Shown here in pieces: positions 6,926 through 17,537 of a stretch of DNA of 34,731 nucleotides (positions are counted from its first letter, which is position 1; every line of letters starts with the position of its first letter). The DNA is from Sphingomicrobium sp. (GTDB lineage: Bacteria > Pseudomonadota > Alphaproteobacteria > Sphingomonadales > Sphingomonadaceae): positions 1 through 34,731 of the forward strand of contig DASTOV010000163.1 of assembly GCA_035720125.1 (NCBI GenBank). Reading direction: 5' to 3'. A program made the translations under genes and the position numbers. A model generated the notes under the pieces. It had not been told where the DNA came from. It worked only from the letters and a program-made list of their open reading frames with translations, and made no database searches.

Positions 6926-8857
6926 TTAGGCCTTCTTGTCTTCGTCGACTTCCGAAAATTCGGCGTCGACAACTTCGTCGTCGGCGGGCGTGGCCTCGGC
7001 CTCGGCCGACTGGGCCGTTGCCTCTGCTCCGCCCTCGGCCTGCGTCTTCTCGTAGATCGCCTGGCCAAGCTTCATCGCGACCTGCGCCAGCGCCTCGGTC
7101 TTGGCCTTCATCGCCTCGGGATCGCCACCTTCGACCGCCGTCTTGGCTTCGGCGATGGCGGCCTCGATCTCGCCCTTCAGCGCTTCATCGACCTTGTCGC
7201 CATGCTCCTTCAGCTGCAGCTCGGTCGAATGAATCAGGCTCTCGGCCTGGTTCTTCGACTCCGCGGCCTCGCGCCGCTTCTTGTCTTCCTCGGCGAACTG
7301 CTCGGCCTCCTTGACCATCTTGTCGATGTCGGCGTCGTTGAGCCCGCCCGAAGCCTGGATGCGGATCTGCTGCTCCTTGCCGGTGCCCTTGTCCTTGGCC
7401 GTGACGTGGACGATGCCATTGGCGTCGATGTCGAAAGTGACCTCGATCTGCGGCACGCCGCGCGGCGCCGGCGGGATGCCGACCAGGTCGAACTGGCCGA
7501 GCAGCTTGTTGTCGCCTGCCATCTCGCGCTCGCCCTGGAAGACGCGGATCGTGACCGCATTCTGATTGTCGTCTGCGGTCGAGAAGACCTGGCCCTTCTT
7601 GGTCGGGATGGTCGTGTTGCGGTCGATCATCCGCGTGAAGACGCCGCCCAGCGTCTCGATGCCCAGCGACAGCGGGGTCACGTCGAGCAGCAGCACGTCC
7701 TTGACGTCGCCCTGCAGCACACCGGCCTGGATGGCCGCGCCCATGGCGACGACTTCGTCCGGATTGACGCCGACATGCGGCTCCATGCCGAAGAATTCCT
7801 TCACCACCTCGCGCACGCGCGGCATGCGGGTCTGGCCGCCGACCAGCACGACGTCGGCGATGTCCTTGGCATTGATGCCGGCGTCCTTCAGCGCCTTCTT
7901 CATCGGCTCCTTGGTGCGATCGATCAGCGGCGCGACCATCTTCTCGAGCTCGGCGCGGGTCAGCGTCACCACCAGGTGGAGCGGGGTCGTCGCTCCCCCT
8001 TCCATGCGGGCGGTGATGAACGGCTGGTTGATCTCGGTCGTCTGTGCCGAGGAAAGCTCGATCTTGGCCTTTTCGGCGGCCTCCTTGAGCCGCTGAAGCG
8101 CCAGCCGATCGCTGCGAAGGTCAATGCCTTCCTTTTCCTTGAACTTGTCGGCCAGCCAATTGACGATCGCCGCGTCGAAGTCCTCGCCGCCCAGGAAAGT
8201 GTCGCCGTTGGTCGACTTCACCTCGAACACGCCGTCGCCGATCTCCAGGATCGACACGTCGAAGGTGCCGCCGCCAAGGTCATAGACCGCGATCGTCTTG
8301 CCCTCTTCCTTTTCAAGGCCGTAGGCGAGCGCCGCGGCGGTCGGCTCGTTGATGATGCGCAGCACTTCGAGGCCGGCGATCTGGCCGGCGTCCTTGGTCG
8401 CCTGGCGCTGGGCGTCGTTGAAGTAGGCGGGAACGGTGATCACCGCCTGGGTGACGGTCTCGCCCAGATAGGCCTCGGCGGTTTCCTTCATCTTCTGCAA
8501 AATGAAGGCGCTGATCTGCGACGGCGAATAATCCTTCCCGCCGGCGTTGACCCAGGCGTCGCCGTTCGGGCCCTTGACGATCTTGTAGGGCACCAGCTCG
8601 GTGTCCTTCTTGGTGATCGGATCGTCATAGCGGCGGCCGATCAGGCGCTTCACCGCGAAAATCGTATTGTCGGGGTTGGTGACGGCCTGGCGCTTCGCCG
8701 GCTGGCCAATCAGGCGCTCGCCGTCCTTGGTGAAGGCCACTACCGACGGGGTCGTGCGCGCGCCTTCCGCATTCTCGATGACCTTCGGCTTTCCCCCCTC
8801 CATCACTGCGACGCAGCTATTGGTGGTGCCCAGATCGATCCCGATCACTTTCGCCAT
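6926..8857 (-). CDS. dnaK: Chaperone DnaK (Hsp70)
   Basis: [28 protein letters not shown] signatures. Confidence 0.99.
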   Translation of the reverse strand: MAKVIGIDLGTTNSCVAVMEGGKPKVIENAEGARTTPSVVAFTKDGERLIGQPAKRQAVTNPDNTIFAVKRLIGRRYDDPITKKDTELVPYKIVKGPNGDAWVNAGGKDYSPSQISAFILQKMKETAEAYLGETVTQAVITVPAYFNDAQRQATKDAGQIAGLEVLRIINEPTAAALAYGLEKEEGKTIAVYDLGGGTFDVSILEIGDGVFEVKSTNGDTFLGGEDFDAAIVNWLADKFKEKEGIDLRSDRLALQRLKEAAEKAKIELSSAQTTEINQPFITARMEGGATTPLHLVVTLTRAELEKMVAPLIDRTKEPMKKALKDAGINAKDIADVVLVGGQTRMPRVREVVKEFFGMEPHVGVNPDEVVAMGAAIQAGVLQGDVKDVLLLDVTPLSLGIETLGGVFTRMIDRNTTIPTKKGQVFSTADDNQNAVTIRVFQGEREMAGDNKLLGQFDLVGIPPAPRGVPQIEVTFDIDANGIVHVTAKDKGTGKEQQIRIQASGGLNDADIDKMVKEAEQFAEEDKKRREAAESKNQAESLIHSTELQLKEHGDKVDEALKGEIEAAIAEAKTAVEGGDPEAMKAKTEALAQVAMKLGQAIYEKTQAEGGAEATAQSAEAEATPADDEVVDAEFSEVDEDKKA

Positions 8858-8923
8858 AATCTATCCTCTGCTTGCCCCTCGCGAACGCGCTGCCCAGCTG
8901 CCCGCGAATTGATTTCGAGGGCG

Positions 8924-8951
8924 ATATAGGTGCATGAAGCGGCCCGACAAG
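8924..8951 (-). promoter_or_regulatory. RpoH (sigma32)-type promoter of dnaK
   Basis: Minus strand reads CTTG-N17-CCTATAT, matching the alphaproteobacterial heat-shock consensus, 66 bp upstream of dnaK. Confidence 0.8.
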
Positions 8952-9235
8952 GGCCGTGCCTTGCCGAGCATAAGCAAGAATTTGCACAGCGAATTCATGC
9001 TTCTGTCGAAGAGACAAGGCATGCCGGCCGACGACCGGCCATCAGGCCGTGTCGATCGACGTCACGGTTTCACTCCGTGACGGCGGCCTTTCCTACCTTC
9101 AGCTTGCCCGGCGCGAAGTAAATTCGCGCCGTCGGTCCTGTCGCCCGGTGGGCGCAGGCCGTCCGCGCTTCGCCATCTCTCACGGAAGCCGGATTTCGCT
9201 TCGCAAAATCGCGGACTTCCGCTCGGTGGCTGCGC

Positions 9236-9976
9236 TTACGGCATCGCCATCCCACCATTCACATGGAGGGTTTGACCCGTCACATAGCCAGCTTCGTTGC
9301 TTGCCAAATAAACTACCGCCGCGCCGATATCGTCACCCGTGCCCATCGCGCCGGTAGGAATCTTGGACAGGATGCCTTCCTTCTGCGCATCGGTCAGCGC
9401 GTCGGTCATGGCCGAGGTCATGAAGCCCGGCGCGACGCAATTGACGGTGATCCCGCGGCTGGCGACTTCCTGCGCAAAGGCCTTGGACATGCCGATCAGG
9501 CCGGCCTTGGATGCCACATAATTGGCCTGGCCAGGGTTGCCGGTCACGCCGACCACCGACGTGATGTTGATGATGCGACCATGCCGCGCCTTCATCATCG
9601 GCTTGCATGCCGCGCGCATCAGGCGGAAGGCGCTTTCCAGGTTGATGGTGATGACCTGCGCCCACTCCTCGTCCTTCATCCGCATGGCGAGGTTGTCGCG
9701 GGTGACGCCGGCATTGTTGACGAGGATGTCGAGCTTGCCGAGCGCCTCGACCGCGCGCGGGACCAGCTGGTCGACCTGCTCGGCGTTGGAAAGGTCGCAG
9801 ACGAGCGAGATATGATCGCCGCCGAGCTCTTTCGCGAAGGCCTCGAGCTTGGCCTGGTTTGAGCCGGACAGCGCCAGCCGCGCCCCTTGAGCAGCAAGCG
9901 ACTTGGCGATCGCGCTGCCTAGCCCGCCGCTAGCGCCCGTTACGAGGGCGGTCATTCCGGAGAGATCAAACATCAT
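9236..9976 (-). CDS. fabG: 3-oxoacyl-ACP reductase
   Basis: TGASGGLG, NNAGVTRD, GNPGQANYVASK; overlaps the fabD stop (start may be 9973). Confidence 0.96.
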   Translation of the reverse strand: MMFDLSGMTALVTGASGGLGSAIAKSLAAQGARLALSGSNQAKLEAFAKELGGDHISLVCDLSNAEQVDQLVPRAVEALGKLDILVNNAGVTRDNLAMRMKDEEWAQVITINLESAFRLMRAACKPMMKARHGRIINITSVVGVTGNPGQANYVASKAGLIGMSKAFAQEVASRGITVNCVAPGFMTSAMTDALTDAQKEGILSKIPTGAMGTGDDIGAAVVYLASNEAGYVTGQTLHVNGGMAMP

Positions 9977-10911
9977 GCGAGCTCCTTGGCGATGGCTTCG
10001 ATATCCTCGATCGTGACCACGCTGGTCACCTTGGCATCGGGGGCGATGCGCTTGACCATTGGCCCCAGCACCTTGCCGCCCAGTTCGACAAACTCCTCGA
10101 CCCCAGCCGCGGCCATGTTGGCGATGCTTGTCCGCCAGCGGACCATGCCAGTCACCTGTGCGACCAGCTGGTCGCGGATCGTCGCAGGGTCGGCGACCGG
10201 CTGCGCGGTGACATTGGCATAGAGCGGAACCGCAGGGGCAACGATCATCGTGTTGCCCAGCGCTTCGGCCATGGCGTCGGCGGCAGGCTGCATCAGCGGG
10301 CAGTGGAACGGGGCCGACACTGGCAGCGGCACGGCGCGCTTGGCGCCCATGTCCTTCGCAATGGCGATGGCCCGGTCGATCGCGCCCTTGTGGCCGGAAA
10401 GGACCACCTGCGACGGATCATTGTCATTGGCGACCGCGCAGACCTCACCCTCGGCCGCAGCCTCCGCAATCTTCTGGGCCAGGGCCAAGTCGGCGCCGAG
10501 CAGCGCCGCCATCGCGCCGACGCCAACCGGCACGGCCGCCTGCATCGCCTGCCCGCGCAGCTTCAAGAGCCTGGCGGTGGTCGCAATGTCGAACGATCCG
10601 GCCGCCGCCAGCGCCGAATATTCGCCCAGGCTGTGACCCGCCACGAAATGCGCCGCCTTCACCAGATCGACGCCGCCCTCGCGGCTCAGCGCGCGAAATA
10701 CCGCGAGCGCGTTGGCCATGATCGCCGGCTGCGCATTTTCGGTGAGCTTGAGGTCGTCCTCCGGCCCTTCGCGCATCAGCCTGAAAAGATGCTGGCCGAG
10801 CGCTTCATCAACCTCGGCGAAAGTGTCGCGGGCGGCGGCGCTCGCCTCGGCAAGGGCCGCACCCATGCCGACCGACTGGCTGCCCTGCCCGGGGAAAAGA
10901 AATGCGCGCAT
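9973..10911 (-). CDS. fabD: Malonyl-CoA-ACP transacylase
   Basis: FPGQGSQ, GHSLGEY, VSAPFH. Confidence 0.97.
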   Translation of the reverse strand: MRAFLFPGQGSQSVGMGAALAEASAAARDTFAEVDEALGQHLFRLMREGPEDDLKLTENAQPAIMANALAVFRALSREGGVDLVKAAHFVAGHSLGEYSALAAAGSFDIATTARLLKLRGQAMQAAVPVGVGAMAALLGADLALAQKIAEAAAEGEVCAVANDNDPSQVVLSGHKGAIDRAIAIAKDMGAKRAVPLPVSAPFHCPLMQPAADAMAEALGNTMIVAPAVPLYANVTAQPVADPATIRDQLVAQVTGMVRWRTSIANMAAAGVEEFVELGGKVLGPMVKRIAPDAKVTSVVTIEDIEAIAKELA

Positions 10912-11015
10912 GTTTGCCCCTGTTGCTCTACGCCCAAATGACTAGGCTGTGTCGGGGCGCGGCCTAGGCCGGACGGGCGAATATGCCAAGCCCGGACAGG
11001 ACAGAGGGGGCGGGA

Positions 11016-12353
11016 ATGACGGAAGGCAAGGAACGTCTGCTGGGATTCTGGATGTGCCTGGCGCTGGTCGTCGGCAATTTTATCGGATCCGGCATCTTTC
11101 TGCTCCCCGCACAGCTGGCGCCGTACGGCTGGAACGCGGTGTTCGGCTGGCTCGTGACCATCGCGGGGGCGGCGTGCCTGGCTCTTGTGTTCGCCGGCCT
11201 GGCGCGGGCATCGCCCCGTGCCGCGGGCCCCTATTCCTACGTCGATGACGCCTTTGGACCTCTGCCGGCTTTCGCCGTCGCGTGGGGCTACTGGATTGCC
11301 TTGTGGGTCGGCAATGTTGCCCTTGCGGTTGCCGCGATTAGCTATCTGTCGTTCTTCATTCGGCCGCTGGCTGAAACGCCCGGCCTCGGGGCGCTGGCAG
11401 CGGCCGGACTTTTGTGGACAATTACCGCAATCAATATCGTCAGCGTCCGAATGGCCGGATCGGTTCAGCTGGTTACGACAATCCTGAAACTGCTTCCGCT
11501 CATTGCGGTCATCGTTATCGCGGCGATCGTGTTCAGCGATGGCAGCGCTCCCGTACAGGTGCCTTACCGGTCCGAGGATATATCGCTTTCCGCAGTCGCC
11601 GCTGCCTCCGCGCTTACCTTGTGGGCGATGCTAGGGGTGGAGACCGCCTCGGTCGGCAGTCGCAACGTCGCGAATCCAGGGCGCAACGTGCCACGCGCCA
11701 CGCTGATTGGCACTCTTCTTGCCGGGGTGATCTACATCCTCGTGTCGACACCAGTCGGACTCTTGTTGCCGATGGAACAGGCCGCGGCTTCGAATGCACC
11801 GCTCGCTGATTTCGTGGCGACTTTCTGGACATCTGGAATGGCCGCCCTGGTCGGACTGTTTGCCGCGATCAGCGCAATTGGCGCCTTGAACGGCTGGGTC
11901 CTGCTGCAGGGAGAAATACCGTTGGCCATGGCGCGCCACGGCGTCTTTCCTGCCTGGTTTGGGGTCCTGACCCGACGCGGGACCCCGCTCCGTGCGCAGA
12001 TCGTTTCAAGCGGTTGCGCAACACTCCTGATCGCCGCCAATGCGAGCCGGAGCGTCGGCGGCCTTTTCGCTTTCATGGCCTTGCTGTCGACCGCCGCGAC
12101 GCTGTTCCTCTATCTTGGTTGCGCACTTTCCGCGCTCAAGCTGCAGCGGGATGGAAGTATCAAATACTCGCTCCTGCTGACGACCGTCGCCATACTCGGC
12201 GCGCTGTACGCGATCGGCACCTTCGTCGGTGCGGGCGCCGAGGCGACCGGATGGGGTGTCGTCCTGCTGGCGACGTCGGTTCCCATCTATTTCCTCATGC
12301 GCCGGAGCGCGGCCACACCAGCGGCAACCGTCCAGGCAGCACCGTCGGAATGA
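11016..12353 (+). CDS. APC-family amino acid permease
   Basis: GNFIGSGIFLLP, multiple TM helices; ATG 11016 follows a GAGGGGG RBS. Confidence 0.92.
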   Translation: MTEGKERLLGFWMCLALVVGNFIGSGIFLLPAQLAPYGWNAVFGWLVTIAGAACLALVFAGLARASPRAAGPYSYVDDAFGPLPAFAVAWGYWIALWVGNVALAVAAISYLSFFIRPLAETPGLGALAAAGLLWTITAINIVSVRMAGSVQLVTTILKLLPLIAVIVIAAIVFSDGSAPVQVPYRSEDISLSAVAAASALTLWAMLGVETASVGSRNVANPGRNVPRATLIGTLLAGVIYILVSTPVGLLLPMEQAAASNAPLADFVATFWTSGMAALVGLFAAISAIGALNGWVLLQGEIPLAMARHGVFPAWFGVLTRRGTPLRAQIVSSGCATLLIAANASRSVGGLFAFMALLSTAATLFLYLGCALSALKLQRDGSIKYSLLLTTVAILGALYAIGTFVGAGAEATGWGVVLLATSVPIYFLMRRSAATPAATVQAAPSE

Positions 12354-12790
12354 GCTACCTCCGACGCACGGTGATTGGCGCATTGGCCGGCGCGTTGCTT
12401 GGCGCATTGTTCATGGGACTTGGCGGCCGGATCGTCATGCGCCTGCTGGCGAACATTATCGCCCGCGACCCAGCCTTCAGCATTGGCGGTTCACTCGAGG
12501 TGATCGCATATGGCGCAATCATTGGAGCTGTCTCCGGTTCGGCATTCTTCTTGTGCCGCCCGATCCTGCCTGGCCGCTGGTGGACCCAAGGGGTCGCTCT
12601 GGCCGGGCTCGCCTATGCAGGCACGGTCGCGACGCTTCCGGCGCATATTGCCGACACGGCACGCCCGTTCGCCGGCCAAATGACGTTGGTCCTGCTGCTG
12701 TTCGGCCTCTGCTTCCTGCTATTTGGATTCGTAATCGCTCGTTTCAGTTATCTTGCGTTCACCAAGTCGTCGGAGAGCGTTGGTGACTAA
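12350..12790 (+). CDS. Hypothetical membrane protein (about 4 TM)
   Basis: ATGA overlap with the permease stop; MSYLRRTVIGALAG..., hydrophobic segments. Confidence 0.75.
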   Translation: MSYLRRTVIGALAGALLGALFMGLGGRIVMRLLANIIARDPAFSIGGSLEVIAYGAIIGAVSGSAFFLCRPILPGRWWTQGVALAGLAYAGTVATLPAHIADTARPFAGQMTLVLLLFGLCFLLFGFVIARFSYLAFTKSSESVGD

Positions 12791-13196
12791 CCAGATTGCT
12801 CACACGCTCGGTGAGATGCTGGCTGGCCTTTCGCCTAACCTAAGCGAGGGGTCATTCCTGTTCGTAACGCTCCCGACCAGCCAAGAAGCGGGCGACGCGA
12901 TCGATGCCGCGATCGGTTGTTTCCGTGAAGATGAAGGCCAAAGCCTCATCATGCCGCGCGAGGCGGCGCTGGCGCTTGGCTTCGCAGACGGTCCGCCAAT
13001 GCGACACATCGTCCTGCGGGTGCATTCCTCGCTGGAGGGCGTCGGGCTGACCGCCGCGGTTGCCGGGCGACTGGCCGACCATGGCATCGCCTGCAACGTC
13101 GTGGCCGCATATCACCACGACCATCTGTTCGTTCCGGCCGAGCGAGCGGAAGAGGCGCTTCGACTCTTGAATGCCCTACAGCGTGAGGCGCGCTAG
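12783..13196 (+). CDS. ACT domain-containing protein (DUF2241-type)
   Basis: FREDEG and VHSSLEGVGLTAAV...IACNVVAAYHHDHLFVP; GTG start after GGAGAG. Confidence 0.85.
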   Translation: MTNQIAHTLGEMLAGLSPNLSEGSFLFVTLPTSQEAGDAIDAAIGCFREDEGQSLIMPREAALALGFADGPPMRHIVLRVHSSLEGVGLTAAVAGRLADHGIACNVVAAYHHDHLFVPAERAEEALRLLNALQREAR

Positions 13197-14362
13197 TTCC
13201 CGCGGGTCCAGCCCGGAGCGGGAGGCCGATCCAGCCGCGCCTCGGGGATGAACCGGCGCAGCTTCCGGGAAAAGCTCCTCAGGCAGACCTCGCTCTTGCC
13301 CAGCGGTCCCGGCTGATAGGTCGGGCTGGCCATCCCGTGCTGGACGCGGGTGATCAGCTCGGTGTCCTCGGCGTTGACCATGCGGTTGATCCGCCAGTTC
13401 AAATAGCGCACGGCCTTCATCTCGCGCCGGTCGTCGGGCAGCGCATAGCTCATCTCGCGCAGCACGCTGGTCGTCGGGGACAGCGGGAGCCACTGCATGA
13501 AATCGACCTGGTCGGGATAGATGTCGAAGGCCACGCAGGGGAACAGCTTGTAATAGAGCCACTTGCGCCGATGTGACTCCGGCAAATGGTCGGCTTCGGG
13601 CAAATAGTGCTGATATACCCGCTCCGAAGGGTTGGCGGACTCATCGTCGCGCAACTCGCCCTCCATCCGGTCGACCCATTCCTTGGCCTCGATGGCGTAA
13701 CTCTTGCCGAACAAGCGGGTCAGGCCCGGATGTCCGACGGGGATATGCAGGTGATCGGAATAATTGTCGGCAATCGTCTTCCAGTTGAGGTCGCGCGGAC
13801 GCAGCCTCATCCGGCCTAGCGCGCGTACTTCCTCGAACTTGTAGGGCGCCACTTCATGCTCATAGGGCGCCATCATTTCAGATACCGACGGCAGCCCTTC
13901 CTCAAGCCGGACGAAAATGAAGCCCCGCCAAATCTCCAGCGCTACAGGGACCAGACCGAGCTTGTCGACCTGCAGCCCCGGATATTCATGGCGGTGCATG
14001 ACCCCGACAAGACGACCGTCGCGGGCATAGCTCCAGGCGTGATAGGGGCAGGTCAGGACCTTGGCGCAGCCCCCTTCCCCATCGACCAGCCGTGAGCCGC
14101 GATGACGGCAGACATTGGTGAAGGCGCGAACTTCGCCATCATCCCCGCGAATGACGACGACGCTTTCACCCAGATAGTCGATCGTCCGCCATTCGCCCGG
14201 ATTGGCGATCTCGCTTTGGTGGCACACCACCTGAGGCGAGGCGCGCAGGAAGGCGCGCTTTTCCGCCTCGAAAAACTCCGGGTCAAAGTACAGCCATCCC
14301 GGCAGGCTTACGTCGTCCAGCGGGTCGGGCGTGGGCTGGATGCTCTTGAGGTGCGTTGCCAT
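13193..14362 (-). CDS. Rieske non-heme iron oxygenase alpha subunit
   Basis: NVCRHRG...CPYHAW Rieske motif; NWK...DNY...HIPVGH mononuclear iron motif. Confidence 0.93.
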   Translation of the reverse strand: MATHLKSIQPTPDPLDDVSLPGWLYFDPEFFEAEKRAFLRASPQVVCHQSEIANPGEWRTIDYLGESVVVIRGDDGEVRAFTNVCRHRGSRLVDGEGGCAKVLTCPYHAWSYARDGRLVGVMHRHEYPGLQVDKLGLVPVALEIWRGFIFVRLEEGLPSVSEMMAPYEHEVAPYKFEEVRALGRMRLRPRDLNWKTIADNYSDHLHIPVGHPGLTRLFGKSYAIEAKEWVDRMEGELRDDESANPSERVYQHYLPEADHLPESHRRKWLYYKLFPCVAFDIYPDQVDFMQWLPLSPTTSVLREMSYALPDDRREMKAVRYLNWRINRMVNAEDTELITRVQHGMASPTYQPGPLGKSEVCLRSFSRKLRRFIPEARLDRPPAPGWTRGN

Positions 14363-14510
14363 TGCGGCTCATTGCCACGTGGGCGCGCGGACGGCAATCT
14401 CGGGGCCGACGAATCCATGCTGCTTGGCGCTGCAAATTTCACGGTCCGCAGGGCTGCTGACTCCGGGTACTGAACTAATGTATGCAGCAGGCTTGCGCGG
14501 GGGTGTGAAC

Positions 14511-15353
14511 ATGCCGCTTTATATGGATATTCATGTGGTTCCGGGCGCGACACCCGAAGCACTGCAGGAAGCCCACAATGCGGACCTCGCTGTCCAGCAC
14601 AAGCATTGCGTTCACTGCCTCAAATATTGGTTCAATGCCGATGCGGGCAAGGTCTTCTGCCTGTTCGACGCCCCCAGCCCGGAAGCGGCGGCTGCGGTTC
14701 ATCGCGAAGCCCATGGCTTGATGGCGGAAAAGATCATCGAAGTCGACTCCGACATGGCCGACGGCCTGCTGGGTCCGGGCGAGGTCAATGGCGCCGGCGC
14801 GGTCCTCTTGGCTGGTGAAGATGGGAAGCGCGATTCAGGCGTCCGTTCCATCCTGTTCACCGATATTGTCGGATCGACCGAAATGACTTCGCGCCACGGT
14901 GACGAAGCGGCCATCGCCATGCTTGAGGTTCACGACCACATCGTTCGAGTTGCGATCGGCGCCCAGGGAGGCCGCGAGGTCAAACACACTGGCGACGGCA
15001 TCATGGCAGCATTTAATTCAGCCGCTTGCGCCGTGAAAAGCGCCAGCGAGATCATTGGAAAACTGGCAGAGCATAATGACGGCGACCCGGAATTTCCGGT
15101 TATCGTCCGAATTGGCATCAGCGCCGGAGAGCCGGTCGAGCAGCATGAAGACCTGTTCGGTTCGACCGTGCAGCTTGCGGCCCGCCTTTGTGCCCAAGCG
15201 GCGCCCGGGCAAATACTGGTCTCCAACGTTGTCGCCGACTTGTGCATTGGCAAGAACTTGAAATTCTCCAATGCCGGTGATTGTGAATTGAAGGGATTCG
15301 ACGGGCGCATTCCGACACGCGCCGTCGATTTCTCTCCTGACTTGCTTTTCTGA
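14511..15353 (+). CDS. DUF4242 domain fused to class III adenylate/guanylate cyclase
   Basis: N-terminal MPLYMDIH...YW...GKVFCLFDAP...VHREAHG; C-terminal FTDIVGST, KHTGDG, DLFGSTVQLAARL. Confidence 0.88.
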   Translation: MPLYMDIHVVPGATPEALQEAHNADLAVQHKHCVHCLKYWFNADAGKVFCLFDAPSPEAAAAVHREAHGLMAEKIIEVDSDMADGLLGPGEVNGAGAVLLAGEDGKRDSGVRSILFTDIVGSTEMTSRHGDEAAIAMLEVHDHIVRVAIGAQGGREVKHTGDGIMAAFNSAACAVKSASEIIGKLAEHNDGDPEFPVIVRIGISAGEPVEQHEDLFGSTVQLAARLCAQAAPGQILVSNVVADLCIGKNLKFSNAGDCELKGFDGRIPTRAVDFSPDLLF

Positions 15354-15482
15354 CTGGGCTCAGCCATAGGCCGCCGGCCGCCGGGGCCTGCCTCGGGCGG
15401 TAGATAAGATTTGGACGACAGCCGGAGGGGCGCTTTGCATGGTGCAGGCGTCAGCGATCGGCCAACATAGGTGCATTGAAAC

Positions 15483-15851
15483 ATGCCGCTTTACGAGCAT
15501 GTTTTCCTCGCGCGTCAGGATCTGGCCCAGGCCCAGGTCGATGCGCTCGCGGAGAACGCTACGAAGATCATCGCCGACAATGGCGGCAAGGTGGTCAAGA
15601 CGGAAACCTGGGGCCTGCGCGGCCTCGCCTACCGCATCGCCAAGAACCGCAAGGCGCATTATGTCATGCTCGACATCGATGCCCCGGCCGCGGCGATGGC
15701 CGAGCTGGAGCGCCAGACCGGCATCAACGAAGATGTGATCCGCTTCATGACGATCCGCGTCGACGACCATGAAAAGGGTCCCTCGGTGATGATGCGCAAG
15801 CAGGATCGCGAGCGCAGCCGCGGCCCGCGCCGCGAAGAAGTGGAGGCCTGA
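15483..15851 (+). CDS. rpsF: 30S ribosomal protein S6
   Basis: [30 protein letters not shown]. Confidence 0.98.
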   Translation: MPLYEHVFLARQDLAQAQVDALAENATKIIADNGGKVVKTETWGLRGLAYRIAKNRKAHYVMLDIDAPAAAMAELERQTGINEDVIRFMTIRVDDHEKGPSVMMRKQDRERSRGPRREEVEA

Positions 15852-15856
15852 GGCCG

Positions 15857-16081
15857 ATGGCACGTGCATTTTTCCGCCGCCGCAAGTCCTGCCCCTTCTC
15901 GGGGAAGGACGCCCCGCGCATCGATTACAAGGACGTGCGCCTGCTCCAGGGCTTCGTGTCCGAGCGTGGCAAGATCGTTCCCAGCCGCATCACCGCGGTT
16001 TCGGCCAAGAAGCAGCGTGATCTGGCAAAGGCGATCAAGCGCGCCCGCCACATCGGCCTGCTTCCCTATATCGTGAAGTAA
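15857..16081 (+). CDS. rpsR: 30S ribosomal protein S18
   Basis: [23 protein letters not shown]. Confidence 0.98.
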   Translation: MARAFFRRRKSCPFSGKDAPRIDYKDVRLLQGFVSERGKIVPSRITAVSAKKQRDLAKAIKRARHIGLLPYIVK

Positions 16082-16092
16082 GGAGCAACGCG

Positions 16093-16791
16093 ATGGAAGT
16101 CATCCTGCTCGAACGCGTCGAGAAGCTCGGCCAGATCGGTGACATCGTCACCGTCAAGAACGGCTTCGCGCGCAACTATCTGTTGCCGAACAAGAAGGCG
16201 CTTCGCGCCAACGAGGCCAACAGGAAGGTCTTCGAGGCCAACCGCGCGAAGATCGAGGCCGACAACGCCGCTCGCCGCACCGACGCCGAAAAGGCTTCGA
16301 AGGGCGTCGACGGCAAGGCCGTGCAGCTCATCCGCCAGGCATCGAACACCGGCCAGCTCTACGGCTCGGTCTCGGCCCGCGACATCGTCGAGGCGCTGGA
16401 AGGCGAAGGCGCCAAGGTCACCAAGAGCCAGGTGGTGCTCGATCGCCCGATCAAGGCGATCGGCTTGCATGAGGTGAAGATCGCGCTGCACCCAGAGGTC
16501 AGCGTGACGGTCAAGGTCAACGTCGCCCGCTCGCCTGAAGAGGCCGAGCTGCAGGCCCAGGGCATCGACGTCATGGCGTCGATGTTCGAGCGCGAAGAGG
16601 CCGGCTTCACCGAGGAGTTCGTCGCCGGCGCCGAGCCGGGCTCGCTTCCGGAAGAGGCAGCGACCGAAGCTGCCGCCGCCGAGGCTCCGACCGCCGAAGC
16701 TGCTGCCGCCGAAGCTGCTGCCGCCGAAGCTCCGGCCGCCGAAGCTCCGGCCCCCGAAGCTCCAACCAAGTCGGAGGACGAAGAGGCCTGA
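16093..16791 (+). CDS. rplI: 50S ribosomal protein L9 with acidic repeat tail
   Basis: [28 protein letters not shown]. Confidence 0.98.
   Translation: MEVILLERVEKLGQIGDIVTVKNGFARNYLLPNKKALRANEANRKVFEANRAKIEADNAARRTDAEKASKGVDGKAVQLIRQASNTGQLYGSVSARDIVEALEGEGAKVTKSQVVLDRPIKAIGLHEVKIALHPEVSVTVKVNVARSPEEAELQAQGIDVMASMFEREEAGFTEEFVAGAEPGSLPEEAATEAAAAEAPTAEAAAAEAAAAEAPAAEAPAPEAPTKSEDEEA
16666..16770 (+). repeat. Seven 15-bp tandem units within rplI
   Basis: Units begin GA[AG]GCT and encode [35 protein letters not shown]. Confidence 0.9.
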
Positions 16792-16817
16792 GGCCCTTCA
16801 TTTTCCCAGTCGAAATC

Positions 16818-16847
16818 AGCCGCCGGGTCCCGCCCGGCGGCTTTTTT
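16818..16847 (+). terminator. Rho-independent terminator of rpsF-rpsR-rplI
   Basis: AGCCGCCGGG-TCCCG-CCCGGCGGCT followed by a T run. Confidence 0.88.
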
Positions 16848-16848
16848 C

Positions 16849-17499
16849 TTAAGCCGGCACCTTGGCCAGATAGGCTGCCTCCCGGTCGACCCAATGCTTG
16901 AAGCTCGGCCGATCGAGCATCCGCTTCACATAAGCCGCGGCCTTCGGGTGCCGCGCGGGATCGATTTCAATGCCCAGGTGCCGGAAATTGGCGAAGGGGC
17001 TGGCGACGGAAATGTCCGCCAGCGTCAGCCGGTCGCCGACCAGATAGCCCTCGCCCTCCGGCATGACCGTTTCGACATAGTCGAGGATCGGCGGCCATTC
17101 GTCGCGCAGCGCCGCTTCGGCAACGGCTTCATCACCGGGACGGCCAAGAAAACGCGGCGCCACGACGCGATTGAAAAAGACCTTCTGTCCGCAGCCGAAC
17201 AGGATCGTGTCGGCGAATTCGTCGAACCAGATGACCCGGCCCCGCGCCCTGGGCTCGGCCGGGATCAGTTCGGGCTCGGGATATTTGGCCTCCAGGTAAT
17301 GGATGATCGCGCTGGAATCGGACAGGCAATAGTCGCCGTCCGACAGCGCCGGCATCTTCTTGAACGGGCTGGCTGCGCAGAATTCGGGCGTCGGGGCAGG
17401 AATGCCCGTCGGCTGCAGCTCCAGCTCGATGCCCTTTTCCGCCGCATAGGCCGCGACCTTGCGGACGAAGGGCGACATCGTCGAACCATAGAGTATCAT
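16849..17499 (-). CDS. Glutathione S-transferase family protein
   Basis: MILYG..MSPFVRKV, P..KMPAL.DG...L.DSSAI..YLE, YLVGD.LTLADI; CAGGAG RBS before ATG 17499. Confidence 0.93.
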   Translation of the reverse strand: MILYGSTMSPFVRKVAAYAAEKGIELELQPTGIPAPTPEFCAASPFKKMPALSDGDYCLSDSSAIIHYLEAKYPEPELIPAEPRARGRVIWFDEFADTILFGCGQKVFFNRVVAPRFLGRPGDEAVAEAALRDEWPPILDYVETVMPEGEGYLVGDRLTLADISVASPFANFRHLGIEIDPARHPKAAAYVKRMLDRPSFKHWVDREAAYLAKVPA

Positions 17500-17537
17500 C
17501 GCCGGACTCCTGCTGATGTGCCGATAGGGGGAGCGCT

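Noticed and set aside
6857-8929. 690-aa plus-strand ORF opposite dnaK, and similar long antisense ORFs over purB, liuD, ivd and the oxidoreductase
   Set aside because: Shadow frames produced by high-GC codon bias in well-supported genes on the other strand.
8960-9235. Possible small gene or sRNA between the dnaK promoter and fabG
   Set aside because: Candidate ORFs overlap fabG or the promoter and lack motifs; nothing supportable by eye.
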